DNA of 34,039 bases from Folioceros fuciformis (lineage: Eukaryota): positions 1 to 34,039 of the forward strand of contig JBNGIO010005966.1 in NCBI GenBank assembly GCA_049999805.1, written 5' to 3'. The notes beneath the pieces are model-generated. The model ran no database searches and was not told the DNA's origin. It worked only from the letters and a program-made list of their open reading frames with translations. The first letter of the stretch is position 1. Each line of letters opens with the position of its first letter. Shown here piece by piece: positions 19,234 through 30,442 of this stretch. The translations under genes were made by a program, and so were the position numbers.

Positions 19234-21627
19234 CTAGGCCATCTCTCTCAACTTCCTTATCAGGGCATCCAAGGACTTCTTTTTTCCAGCTTGGCGAGAA
19301 GACCTGTTGCCGAAAAGTCTTTCAGGGAGGTCTCTGTATTTCTCAGCGACCAAAATAACCTTCCTGAAATCCAATGCGAAGTAGTTCTTTTCCCTGACAA
19401 CGACATTGAGGTATAACTCCGGGTTATTGCTAGACAACAGCGCAACCAGCTGTCGGGCCTCTGCTAGGCATTGCTTCAGATTTGTGGCACCTGCCACCTT
19501 GTCTAAGCCACTGCTTTGGTGTTTATCCTCAGCAAAGGACTCCAAAACCCTTAAGTCCGCATCTATTCCCATTACTGCATATATATTGAAGCGTTTCACC
19601 GAATCACTCAAAAAGACATGCACGATGGAGTCAGAAATATGCTTCAGCACACCACTGATGACTTTCTCGAAGGCGTCAAGAGGGAGAATTTCCATAGCCG
19701 TAGCAGCAAGCGTTTCAAGGTAGATCATGACCTCATTCAAATACTCATTACCTGTTTGTGGGAGGTCATCCGGGGTCCAATTGATGTTGTCAGTCAGAGA
19801 CATGAACTCATCCACCTTGGATTTAACAAGCTTCAACATGAGCTCATGAGCTTCAGCCTGGGCCTCCCTTAGAACCGTCCTAGCCCCTAAAGAGCCATGC
19901 GGACCCTCAACTAAGCGCATAGGCACACCACATAATTTGCCAGCATGGCCTGCAAAAAAGGTACATGCTCTTTCCAGTACGGTCATATTCGCAGCAATCT
20001 GCATTGCGTGAGACACTCCAAGATTTGAATTTCTGATTAACTTCAGCAGAGCTTCATTGAGTACACTGATGAGCAACTTGTCTAAGTACTTCTTCACCAA
20101 ATCGTAGTAGTCCATGTGGCCCCCATATGAAAGGAAGCTAACGGAATCCTCGATAAATGCTCTAACAATGCGACAGCAATCGGGAACGGACCCTGAAAAT
20201 GGAGCAATATAAGGGAATGCAGGCATGGTATCGACTGTTTGCAGGTGGAAAGCCAGCACATTCATGTTGTATTCATACTCCTTCCGCATTACCATCTGCT
20301 CGAACTTGTCATTCATAAGCACCTCATTAATCTGCCGCTTGTTGTCATTCAGCAGGATTTCGTGGTACTTATCCCGCATTGTGTCAAGGACATCCAACAA
20401 AGGACTGACCTGATATCCATACCTCCGGAGAGTGGCACCTACCAGGCTCACGTAGTCCTTCACAAGAAGCAGATGGTTTGCCGTCTGCATTCGAGAAAAC
20501 TGCTCCTCCATCACACTGTTCATACGGCTGATAGCCGTTTCCCACAGGCTCTCTACCCGTGATGCAGAAATGAGACCACCTGCAGACCTCAACACCCTAT
20601 CTTCCACGATAAAAAAACCGGCCAGCTGAGCAAAATATGTCTGATGAGACTCTAAAAACGGCTGACCCGATGATGTCTGCAAGTCTGAGCTCAACTGCAG
20701 TTGCCGGTTCTTATAGTAGTGCTCCTTAAACTGCTCCTGCAGCCCCAAGCAAGTGTTGATATAGTGAGCTCTGTACACAGGGGTTAAATCAAACTTCAGC
20801 AGTGCATCATCCTCATCGATGTCCTCCATTTCCAGCATATAGACACACTCCTTGGCACCGGAACGACTTTGCTCTTCTGCTTGCCTCTGCCTGCCCCTGA
20901 GACCCTCCTCTCGTTGCCGCGCGGAGGACGCTTGTCCGATGGCCTGCTGGCCGACCTCCCTAGACGCCGTCCTGATCTGCACAAGCCAGTCATTAAACTC
21001 CATGTTTACCCGTCGCTCAATGTGAGCCCTACACACCGGAATCTGGCGCTCCAGCAGGACCCGCAGAGCGCGTGCCGGCACCTGTTGCAGAAAATCCCTT
21101 TCCAAGCTATCAATGGTCTTCAGAGCAGGATAGTAGCGATCATTAGCGATGTAGTCATTCACTTTGACGCACAACTCCGCAACTCTGATGCAGATCTTCA
21201 AGGCATCCACAGCCTTGTTCAAATTCCGCTTGATCCCGTGCGACTCAATCAACTCATCCATCTTTCCCAGAAGCGCGTTTCCTACTTCCTGCATCTGAGA
21301 ATTCTCCCTGGATAGCCCATTCTTGAGCTCATCAGCATCCACCAGGACGTAGCGCAGCTCATCTACAGCATGAATGAACTCCTCGTAGTGCAGCTTACAG
21401 AGATCTTCAATTTCAAGCTCCCTCTTCTTGGCGAAATTTCGCAGTTGATGCACCAGGGTCTCGGGTTTTCCACTCTCAAACGCATTCCTGACCAGGGGAC
21501 CTAAGTCCTCGCCGTTAGCTATGGCGGAAGCCAGAGCAGAATCATCAACTCCCAGCGGTCCGCCATCTCCTTTCTCCCCGTTCTCCGTGGCCACACCGGC
21601 TCTCTTTGCTTTCAACATCATCTCCAT
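19234..21627 (-). CDS. SEC15: Exocyst complex component SEC15 (797 aa, single exon)
   Basis: Long uninterrupted ORF with plant SEC15 motifs NGEDLGPLVR.AFESGKPE, IEDLCKLHYEEFI.AVDELR, FDLTPVYRA, FPYIAPFS.SVPDCCRIVR.FIEDSV, KKKSLDALI.KL. Confidence 0.95.
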   Translation of the reverse strand: MEMMLKAKRAGVATENGEKGDGGPLGVDDSALASAIANGEDLGPLVRNAFESGKPETLVHQLRNFAKKRELEIEDLCKLHYEEFIHAVDELRYVLVDADELKNGLSRENSQMQEVGNALLGKMDELIESHGIKRNLNKAVDALKICIRVAELCVKVNDYIANDRYYPALKTIDSLERDFLQQVPARALRVLLERQIPVCRAHIERRVNMEFNDWLVQIRTASREVGQQAIGQASSARQREEGLRGRQRQAEEQSRSGAKECVYMLEMEDIDEDDALLKFDLTPVYRAHYINTCLGLQEQFKEHYYKNRQLQLSSDLQTSSGQPFLESHQTYFAQLAGFFIVEDRVLRSAGGLISASRVESLWETAISRMNSVMEEQFSRMQTANHLLLVKDYVSLVGATLRRYGYQVSPLLDVLDTMRDKYHEILLNDNKRQINEVLMNDKFEQMVMRKEYEYNMNVLAFHLQTVDTMPAFPYIAPFSGSVPDCCRIVRAFIEDSVSFLSYGGHMDYYDLVKKYLDKLLISVLNEALLKLIRNSNLGVSHAMQIAANMTVLERACTFFAGHAGKLCGVPMRLVEGPHGSLGARTVLREAQAEAHELMLKLVKSKVDEFMSLTDNINWTPDDLPQTGNEYLNEVMIYLETLAATAMEILPLDAFEKVISGVLKHISDSIVHVFLSDSVKRFNIYAVMGIDADLRVLESFAEDKHQSSGLDKVAGATNLKQCLAEARQLVALLSSNNPELYLNVVVREKNYFALDFRKVILVAEKYRDLPERLFGNRSSRQAGKKKSLDALIRKLREMA

Positions 21628-23850
21628 CGCATCAAGCTTCTACTAGGAGGCGACAAATATGCGACATGGAACCGCACCCTCCTTTGACGACCGGGCACAA
21701 CAACATGAGACACAGTGCACGAGCTGAGAGGTGCAATGCAGTAATTATTAGGGTTTCTGCTTTATTACATATAATAAAAACTGTACGACCCGATTGCCCC
21801 GAATGCCCTCAGCTGTGAGAGAAGAGGGTCGCACGAAGGTCACCAATTTCCGATAATAGAAGGAAAATGGGTTCCAGACCCGATCTCCTAATGAGCCTTT
21901 TGAAGATGTTCATTTGCAGGAGGGACAGACGGATGGTGAAGCCATCCAGCCCACCACTGCCGTGCATCAGTGTCCCGCTATCAGGGTCCTCAATCCCGCG
22001 AAATCTACAGAACAGGAAGGCAAGTAGACGCATTCGCACTTGCTCATACTGCACCTGTCAAAAGCTGAGGGTCTACGTAGGTGTGTATCACGAATTGCTG
22101 GAAGCAACAAATGGACATTACCGAGACGCTGTTCATGAGGAGGGACGATTCGGCTGTGTACGGGGCCGTACAAGACTAGCTCTGTTCGACGAAAGTTACC
22201 AGAACATCTCTAGAACGTCTTCCCTCTCCACCGGCATTTACTTATGCCAGATGGCGCAAGCGGCCTGGTTGGTTGGTGTGGAGGACTGTCATTTGTTCAT
22301 CTGGACAGAACCCACCATAAGTGCTACAGTTGCAGCCTGGAATGCCACTCGGGCTCTCATCAGAGATTGACTGCGGTTGTGGTTCCCCTGCTTGAAGGAA
22401 TACAAGCCTGCTAGCAAAACCCCGGCTGTAGCTAGCGCCCCTGCTCAGACATCCCATCACCGAATAAACGAGAAACGACTTCAGTCCCTTCAGAAGCTGC
22501 CAGACATTGCTAAAAGACCCGGCGATGCGCAGGACGAAACAGGAAGCACACCTATTGGAACAAGGGGATTCCGACGGTGCCTTGAATCAAACATATCCTC
22601 GCTCTCCTCCATGGTATCAGGGCCCAGGCCGCTCTTAGCTATTTGAGAGTTCAGATTCTACGCCTGCAAATTTCACAACACAGAAAACACCGCCACCGGC
22701 CCATTCCCAAAGGACACCAATCAGGAGACATCAGGCAAAGAGGAGTTGCAGAAAGAGAAAACCCTAACATACGATAGTGCACGACAGAGGTTTCGCGATA
22801 CACATATGTACGAATCAAGCCTCCAAGATCCCTAGGAGGAGATCGAAGAAGGAAAGATGTTCCAAGGCAACAACTACAGGAGCCAACGGCCGTTCGGCGG
22901 CAAACCAGCCCCAAACAACAAGAAGAAAGAAGCATCAGATTCACCCGGATGCCAGAAGTGCGCCTGCACTTCTTTTGCCATGCAAGGACGGGCCGTGCGG
23001 ATGGACCAAGGCTGCTGCCGAGTGCTACATACCCAGCCGGCGCCCAAAACACCAACTCTCTCGCCGCCCCCGCCTCCGCGGCCTCGAAGATGGAAGATCA
23101 AGTCTCAAAGCCCCGATCCACCGGTGCCCCGATCAGTGCCTCCAACCACCCCGGTGAAGCCGAATCTGAAAGCGTTGCGGCGGAGAAGCCCAATCCCAAA
23201 CCCCAGGCTTCTGCATCAGCAGTCAGAAAGCAACGGCAGCGGCACCCTGGTACGTAAACCCTGCCCGATCCACACGTGTCAGTGCATCAAGATGGACACA
23301 GCGCAGCAGCAAAGCTCCAAGCAGCGCAAACAGCAGCCATGCGCAAAGTGACGTGCGGAGAGGGGAGACGACGCAAAACCCCAACCTTGGCAAGATAGTC
23401 TTCTTCTCACTGCTGCGGGCGTGGCGAGTGGTGCAGAAAGAGCGGCGTCTCCGCAGCAGGCAAAGAAAGGAGGCTAAACGACGCGAGCAAGCGTGGCAGC
23501 AGCTGTGGAGGATGATCGTGCGCTGCCGAGGCCAAGCCCGGGGCGTGAGGCGCAACGAACAAGGCCTGGCGCGGCCATGGCATTCTCTCCCTCATTACGC
23601 TGCGTACTGGTGGGGATGACTGGCTGCGCCACCGTCGCGTCCGGTCGCCCGGTTGCCGAGCTTATGCATGTTCTAACTCGACTCCACCGCTCTCTGAGAC
23701 ATACACTGATTCCATGCCATGCATCAGATTGCACCATCACCACGACCGTGGCTAGAAATCTTGGACTCCAACACAACTCTTCTACCATCTTCATCTCGAC
23801 ACTGTACAAAGGAAGGGAAATTCCGCCTCCCCGTCGATGAAAGAAAGAAC

Positions 23851-24987
23851 CTAGTCTGTCTTGCTTTCCTCGATGATATTTGAGCCACCAGAGGACGGAG
23901 AAGGAGTCGGAGAAGTGGAGTCTTGCCTAGGGTTCAAGGCAAGCTGCAGCGAGTACAGAGTGAGTCCCACCGAGTTGGCAGCGAATACGAATGTCGACAA
24001 GTAGCATAGCCCGTTGATTATGGTCCTGCAAGCAAACACAGCATATCCACATGATTGAATGCCTCAACACCACTTGGGGACAACAACACGTTCTCCAGCA
24101 GAGGAATAGATGATTCCAGAAGTTACCTCACAGTCACGGTGATGTTCCTGACCTGCAGGGCAAGGTGCGAGAAGCGGAGAGTCAGAAAGGAATAAATCCA
24201 TTGACCCATGCAGGCACTTTCGCTTGTGCATTCTTCCAAACCATCGTGACAGAGGAGGAGGAGAAGCGATGATTTGAGAGTACCGAGTAGTTGGCAGAGA
24301 CGGCCTTCCCTGCAAATGATGCCTCCACGGCGTTAGCTAACTGGTAAAGCAAGAAGGCAATGGCACCGGCAACCACGGCACCAGACAGGGTCTGGAGAGC
24401 GGAGGGAGGCGGGGTTTGGATTTCCGGCTCCGGTTGGAGAGCAGCTCGCTTGGCATCCTCTGCGCGCTGCGCACCTGAGGAGCGGAATTGCTGGATGCAA
24501 GGACAGGCACACGCACAGGGTGAAGTCAGAAGGGCGACAAAGTAGTCGAGAAAGAAGGCAAGGCCGACACGGAGGGAGGATCTCGCACCAATTCCTTGGC
24601 CCGCTTCAGACGCTTTTGCACCGCTCGGAAGAGCAGGAATGCGAGCGCTCCTGTGAGGACGAAGCTGGCTCCGATTTGCAGAGGGGAGAACTCGGAAACG
24701 TTGCCCAGAGGGTCGAACTCCACCTCCGGAGGCAGCTCCACGGGGCCCTCCTCTACGGCGAGGCTGGCTATGGCGTCAGCCAGCTGCAAGAGCTCATTGC
24801 GTGCGGCCTTTGCGGTGTGCAACCGCTGGCTGCTCGACGCCCTCCTGTTCCAAGGACGGGAAGGGAATGGCGATGTCTGTAGCATGGAGCGGCCCCCTAC
24901 TTTGCTACCCCATTCCGTCGCCCTGGCGCTTCTTCCTGTTCCCGGGAACTGCAACTGACTGCAGATTATACATGCCGCAGCAGCCAT
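23851..24987 (-). CDS. DUF3082-family plastid membrane protein; 4 exons (24987-24589, 24490-24284, 24152-24127, 24025-23851)
   Basis: GT-AG splicing gives a transit-like N-terminus, then EEGPVELP...SPLQIGASFVLTGA...KRAKEL|QFRSSG...SALQTLSGAVVAGAIAFLLY...NYS|VRNITVTVR|TIINGLCYLSTFVFAANSVGL. Confidence 0.8.
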
Positions 24988-25771
24988 CCTGAGATTTTGA
25001 GCCTGAGCGCCTCACCGGAACGACGATTGTTTCAGGAGCTGGGTCTGCAATTCCGGTCGTCCCATCCTGGAATAGATAAGCTTTGCTTCCCGGAGCATGG
25101 TAAAGTGATGAGTGGCCTCGAGGCGGAGCAGCGATGATAGGACGTGGTCATGTGGGCGGGAACTTGCCGCTCTTCTGGCTGCAGCTACGGAGGTGCCGTC
25201 TCTGCTCCCGTGTGGAAACGTGGGGCAGACAGCTGTCGGGGTTGCGGGGCTCGGTTGCGTTCTGTGAATATGTGGGTAAGGGCAGAGTTAAGTTGGGTAG
25301 TCGTGGAGTTACGGTTACGCATTTGGGAGATGCTCATGTGTTCAGATTGCTTGCAGGCAGGAGCATTGTGGGAAAGGAGAAGCTGGGCAAGTTGCAGGAG
25401 GAGCATTGCGAAGATGGCTGCCGTGAGGTAAAAACCGAAACGAAAAGATTGCGGGCTGTCTGTTTGGCCGAACTCGGTGAGATTTGCAGCATTTTGGAGA
25501 ATGACCTCTGGTGACCATCACAGAGCAACCTCAAGCATTCGGGACTATTGCACAGGACAGCGAAAGTACACGAAACAGCTCCACTTCTTTGGGTTAACCC
25601 TTCTTGTTGGGAGGGGGAATGGTACTCTACGGGTGGCAGATGTTCTGAAGAATTGGTCCTAGGGGCTGGTAGCTCAGAAAGGTACTTGGCATCTAATGAG
25701 GCTGGGGCGATTTTGTTGAGCCAAGTTCAGTGGAGTGGTTCTCTGACTCTTGATTGTCTAGATTGGCAGGT

Positions 25772-28201
25772 ATGCTTGAATCTGGAGCATGGAACGATCT
25801 CTGTGAAGAAGGACATCTTCATGAGGCCTTCCTAGTGCTGGACAAACTGAGCCGTCATGGTACCTTCATTGCCAGAGCCACCTTGTATCGGATTCTGAAG
25901 GAGTGCATTGCGAAGAAGGATTTGGTTGTTGGACGACTCGTGCATGCTCTTTCCATAAGAGAAGGGTACGAGTTGAATCCGTTCCTGGGGAACCATATCA
26001 TCCGTATGTATGCTTCCAACGGGAGTTTGCTGGAAGCAAAGGAAGTGTTCAGCAGACTGCCGGCACCTAATGCGTTTGTTTGGGCTGCAATTATATCTGC
26101 ACACCGTGAGCATGGGCGGGCCATGGAGGCTATTGACCTTTATCGGCAGATGCGACATTCTGCAGCGGAGCCACATTCTTTTGTCTTTGTTGCTGTGCTC
26201 AAGGCATGCGCAAGTGCGGGAGACATTCGTGCAGGCAGGCTGGTCCATAGGGACGTTGTAGACAGTGGATCGGAGTTGAACCTGCATGTTGGAGGCGCCC
26301 TTGTGGACATGTACTGTAAATGCGGCAGCTTGGTGGATGCCAGCAGTGTGTTTGAAAGATTGCCCACCCGGGACGTGGTGACTTGGAGTGCCCTCATTGC
26401 AGGTTACTCTCAGCATGGTCTGGGTAAAGAAGCCCTTATGTTATTTGAGCGGATGCACAAAGAGAAGCTACCAGCAAATGATGTTACCTACACTAGCATC
26501 TTAAAAGCTTGTGGCAGCATTGGAGCCGTTCAGGAGGGTAGGCGGATCCATGCTGAGATACAGAAGCGCAAAGTTGAAGCAGATGTTTACGTCTCCAATG
26601 CCCTCCTTCACATGTATTGCAAATGTGGAAGCTTTGCAGATGCACGCAGAGTGTTTGATAGGCTGCTAGTTAAAGATGTGGTGACATGGAATGCCATGAT
26701 CGCAGGATGTGCTCAGCATGGTCTGGACCAGGAAGCCCTGGAACTTTATAGCCAAATGCAAGAGGGTGGTCTGATGCCAGATACTGTCACCTTTGTGAGC
26801 GTCCTGAAATGTTGTGCCAACTTGTATGACATCAAACAGGGTAAGGTGGTCCATGCACGGATCTCAGATAGTAGGTTGGAGTCAGATGCATTTGTTGGGA
26901 GCGCACTGGTAGGCATGTATGCCAAATGTGGAAGCTTGGAGGAAGCCCGCAGCGTCTTCGACAGACTGCAAACAAGGAATCTGGTGACATGGAATGCTAT
27001 GATCGGAGGATATGCTCAGCAAGAACTTGGTGAGCTAGCTCTCAAACTCTTTGAGAGTATGCAAGGGGAAGGGGTCGTGCCAGACACCTTCACACTCGTG
27101 AGCGTTCTAAAAGCATGTGGGAGTAGCGCAGCCATAGTACAGGGGAGGCAGATCCATTCCCAAATAGTGAATGGGAAATGGAATGCAGACGAAATGGTGG
27201 GTAATGCTCTAGTTAGCATGTATGCTAAATGCGGGACTATGGAGGAGGCTCAGCAGGCTTTCAGCAGGCTATCCGCGAAGAGTATTGTGACATGGAATGC
27301 GCTGATCAATGGGTATGCACAGCACAATGACTACAAAATGGTTGTGCAATGCTTTGACAGTATACAACGCTATGGCATCCAGCCTGATGCTGCCACATAT
27401 ACATCTCTCCTTGTTGCTTGCAGTCACGTGGGCCTTGTAGAAGAGGGTGAGAAATACTTTCGAATGATGTCAGATAAGCACGGCATCAATCCATCAGTTG
27501 AGCATCACAACTGCATGGTAGATCTACTTGGCAGGGCCGGTCGCTTAGTAGAGGCCGAGAGTTTGCTGCAATCCATGCCGTTTGGACCCCAGAGTGTTGG
27601 CTTGAAGTCGCTTCTAACTGCGTGCAAGCTGCACCGTAATGTGGAGATTGGACGACGCTGCTTTGATCAGCTCGTGAAAATAGAACCTCAAGTATCTGCA
27701 GGTTACATTCTCATGTCCAACATATACCAGGATGCCGGTCTAATAGATGACTACAGGAACATAGAATTCTTGAGGAAGGCTGCTGGAGCTCAGAAGAAGG
27801 CTGCCATGGCAACAATAGAAGTTCAGAACAAGGTGTACGAGTTTGTTGTTGGAGTGCAGAGGGATGATACCTCTGGTAAGTTGCAAAGCTTGAATCCACG
27901 AGCTGCTGGGGACGATGGTACGGTTACGCAGTCAGCGGCACGTTCTAGTCAGATTCAAGAGGATAAGAAGATGCAAGATGCCCTATGTGGACACGCAGAA
28001 AAACTGGCATTAGCCTTCGGACTCCTCAACACACCTCAAAACGCGACCCTTGTTGTGACGAAGAATCTGCGAATGTGCAGTGACTGTCACAGGGGCACTA
28101 AAGTCATGTGCAGGATTGAGAGACGAGAGATCATTGTTGCTGATGAGCATCGTGTTCATCACTTCAAGGATGGGGTGTGCTCCTGTGGGGATTACGGATG
28201 A
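25772..28201 (+). CDS. PLS-class PPR protein with E1/E2 and DYW:KP-like deaminase domain (organellar RNA editing factor); true start may lie in an upstream exon near 25134
   Basis: About 17 P/L/S repeats (VVTWNAMI, VSVLKAC, NALV.MY.KCG), then KKAAMATIEV, LCGHAEKLALAFGLLNTP, VTKNLRMCSDCH, HHFKDGVCSCGDYG. Track start is TTG; first ATG is 25772. Confidence 0.93.
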   Translation: MLESGAWNDLCEEGHLHEAFLVLDKLSRHGTFIARATLYRILKECIAKKDLVVGRLVHALSIREGYELNPFLGNHIIRMYASNGSLLEAKEVFSRLPAPNAFVWAAIISAHREHGRAMEAIDLYRQMRHSAAEPHSFVFVAVLKACASAGDIRAGRLVHRDVVDSGSELNLHVGGALVDMYCKCGSLVDASSVFERLPTRDVVTWSALIAGYSQHGLGKEALMLFERMHKEKLPANDVTYTSILKACGSIGAVQEGRRIHAEIQKRKVEADVYVSNALLHMYCKCGSFADARRVFDRLLVKDVVTWNAMIAGCAQHGLDQEALELYSQMQEGGLMPDTVTFVSVLKCCANLYDIKQGKVVHARISDSRLESDAFVGSALVGMYAKCGSLEEARSVFDRLQTRNLVTWNAMIGGYAQQELGELALKLFESMQGEGVVPDTFTLVSVLKACGSSAAIVQGRQIHSQIVNGKWNADEMVGNALVSMYAKCGTMEEAQQAFSRLSAKSIVTWNALINGYAQHNDYKMVVQCFDSIQRYGIQPDAATYTSLLVACSHVGLVEEGEKYFRMMSDKHGINPSVEHHNCMVDLLGRAGRLVEAESLLQSMPFGPQSVGLKSLLTACKLHRNVEIGRRCFDQLVKIEPQVSAGYILMSNIYQDAGLIDDYRNIEFLRKAAGAQKKAAMATIEVQNKVYEFVVGVQRDDTSGKLQSLNPRAAGDDGTVTQSAARSSQIQEDKKMQDALCGHAEKLALAFGLLNTPQNATLVVTKNLRMCSDCHRGTKVMCRIERREIIVADEHRVHHFKDGVCSCGDYG

Positions 28202-28510
28202 CAGTTGATGCCCGTTGCTCCTTGGCCCTTTTCGCAATGCAAGGCAAGAAGCGATCTGTAACCTTGTCTTCAAACACGATGAAGCTAAGATCCCCAGCGA
28301 AAGACACCACAGACGAAACAAGCGTTCCAACGTAGTTAATCTGATTGAATGCAGCCAGCCATTCAAATGCAACCTCGGTTAATGGATTGTCGTAAGGGAG
28401 CACAGGCTATCCTTGAGATGTAAGAGGAGTCATTCGTTGGTGGGCTTGCAAGAACGTATCCAAAGGAAAAAGTCCCGAACACGTGATTGTGTCTGAAACT
28501 TTGGGACACC

Positions 28511-29717
28511 ATGGTCTTGCTTGCAAGCATATGTCAGCCGTGTGTCCTAGCCTCCATCACACCCGGCCACCATGGCGCAGCAGCACCTCCGCCATCTCCC
28601 AGACGGTGGTCAGACGCCAAGGGTTGGGCTGGAGCAGCGGGGGGATGCGGAGACACGGGCACCAGCAGACGGCAGTTGCTGCTGCTGGCAACCCTCCTGC
28701 TGGCTGCACCTGATGCTGCAATAGCTAAACAGCCGCCGGTGGTTGAAGAGCCTGCCGCACCTAGGTGAGCTAGCGGCAGCCTGGAAGTGGGTGACATTAG
28801 TAGAGGCTTGCATTGCAGGGCTCAACATTGCATGGGTACGATTTCCTTGGGCAGATTCCGGAAGACCCCCAGCGGAGTGAAAATACAAGGTGGTGCTGTG
28901 GCTTGCATGACTCCAATTCAGACTAGCGCTGATCCTATACCCCCCAAAAGTGACTTTTGTTGCGATTGGGTTGCTCAGATATCCTGGAAGGGGCAGGACC
29001 AGAGGCCAATGCAGGAGACCTTCTCGAATTCAACTACGTTCTCAGGCGTGCTAATGGATACTACGTGTTCAGGTAAGAATTAGCATCATCCATCCAACTT
29101 TGTGTTCGCCAGCAGTGTGCAGGTAGCTTGCACTTGCAAGGCTTAACTGCCTGGAACACGGCTGCAGCACCATCGACCAGTTCAATGGGTCTAGTGAACC
29201 GGTGGTTCTGCCATTGAGTCAGGGCAAGGTGGGAATCCCTTCTCCCTTCTCCCTTCTTCCTTCTCAGTCTCCTTTCCTTGTCCCACCAGCGCCTCCTTAC
29301 GTTCATGATGCAGATCATTCCGGGGTTGGAAGAAGTACTCTTGGGAATGAAGCCGGGAGGTAGGTGTGCCTGTACTGTCACATGCAGTTCCAGTTGAGCT
29401 TGATGCGTCAGGTTGTGAGAGCAGAAAACTGCATCTGCGTTTGCAACTGGCCTGCGCCTGTGCCTGCCACAGGAAAGAGGAGAGCATTGGTACCTCCAAA
29501 CGTGGGCTATACAGACGTGAGTCTCGAGCCCCAGCCACAAGATGTAAGTAGGTGTCCGTTTCCTTCCCTTCCTCACTTTCACGGCATTCCTACCTTCTTA
29601 GCTAAACTTCCCCTCCATTTCATTCCCGTTGCCATGCAGTTCGGCCCTCGAAGGAGCCTCTTCTCTCATGCTAAAGAGCCCCTGGTATTCGAAGTCCAGC
29701 TAATTAGGATCAAATAG
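28511..29717 (+). CDS. FKBP16-1: Thylakoid-lumen FKBP-type peptidyl-prolyl isomerase, FKBP16-1-like; 7 exons
   Basis: Twin-arginine signal SRRQLLLL..AIA; spliced product FRKTPSGVKIQ|DILEGAGPEA..FNYVLRRANGYYVF|STIDQFNG..|IIPGLEEVLLGMKPG|GKRRALVPPNVGY..|FGPRRSLFSHAKEPLVFEVQLIRIK. Confidence 0.85.
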
Positions 29718-30442
29718 ATAGATGAAATAGGCTAGCTATCTTGCTCCCGTTGTTCCCAAAAAGCAGACCTGGAGAGCTGAATCTGATTCCCATCCCCTTG
29801 TCATGTCCGTCACACTCGGCTCATTCCTGGAATGGGGACCGCTCGTCCGTCTCCGTAGTGCGAGTTACGTGTGCCACCCAAGACGTTAACTGCCTCAATC
29901 AAACCCAAAGATCTCAAGGTGATCATAAGATTGTTGTCATCTCCCTTCTTCCTCATCAAATCTCCCTTTCATTCCTATTGCTTGCTGCCATTCTGCGCTT
30001 CGGTCGGGAGAGACTCCTCGAGTCCGTTAAAGAGCCCCTTGCATTCGTAGTTGAACTTGTTGACATGATAAAAGATCAAACTGTCCTAATCAGCTTTCTT
30101 CCATTCATCCAACAAAGCAGATTTGATTCCTTCCATGTGAGGGTTGAATACGATTCCCTCTATATTCTAGTTCGGTCACACTTAGCTGATCCCTGGAATG
30201 GGCGGGCCGATTTCTTCGAGCGAGGTTTTCTTGTTCGTGCGAGCTCTTCAGCCTCGAAATCTTAGTCAAGTTCATCAAACAGCAAAATTCATTCAAATTC
30301 GTTTGAAGTGGCATCACGTGACACAAAGCTCATGCGAATAAGAGAAGATAAGCAATCTTGTCGTCCAGCTCCTGGCCCAAAGGTGTTCACTCTTTCTCAA
30401 AACTCCTGGCTTGTCTTGGATGCTGCGAAGCACAGACGTTCC

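Noticed and set aside
19234-21627. Intronless SEC15 as a retrogene, and its antisense ORFs
   Set aside because: Plant SEC15 genes are commonly intron-poor; the antisense ORFs are shadows of the coding frame.
22857-23351. ORF with CQKC as a zinc-knuckle protein
   Set aside because: The GHWTYEC half of the knuckle is absent in frame; similarity too weak.
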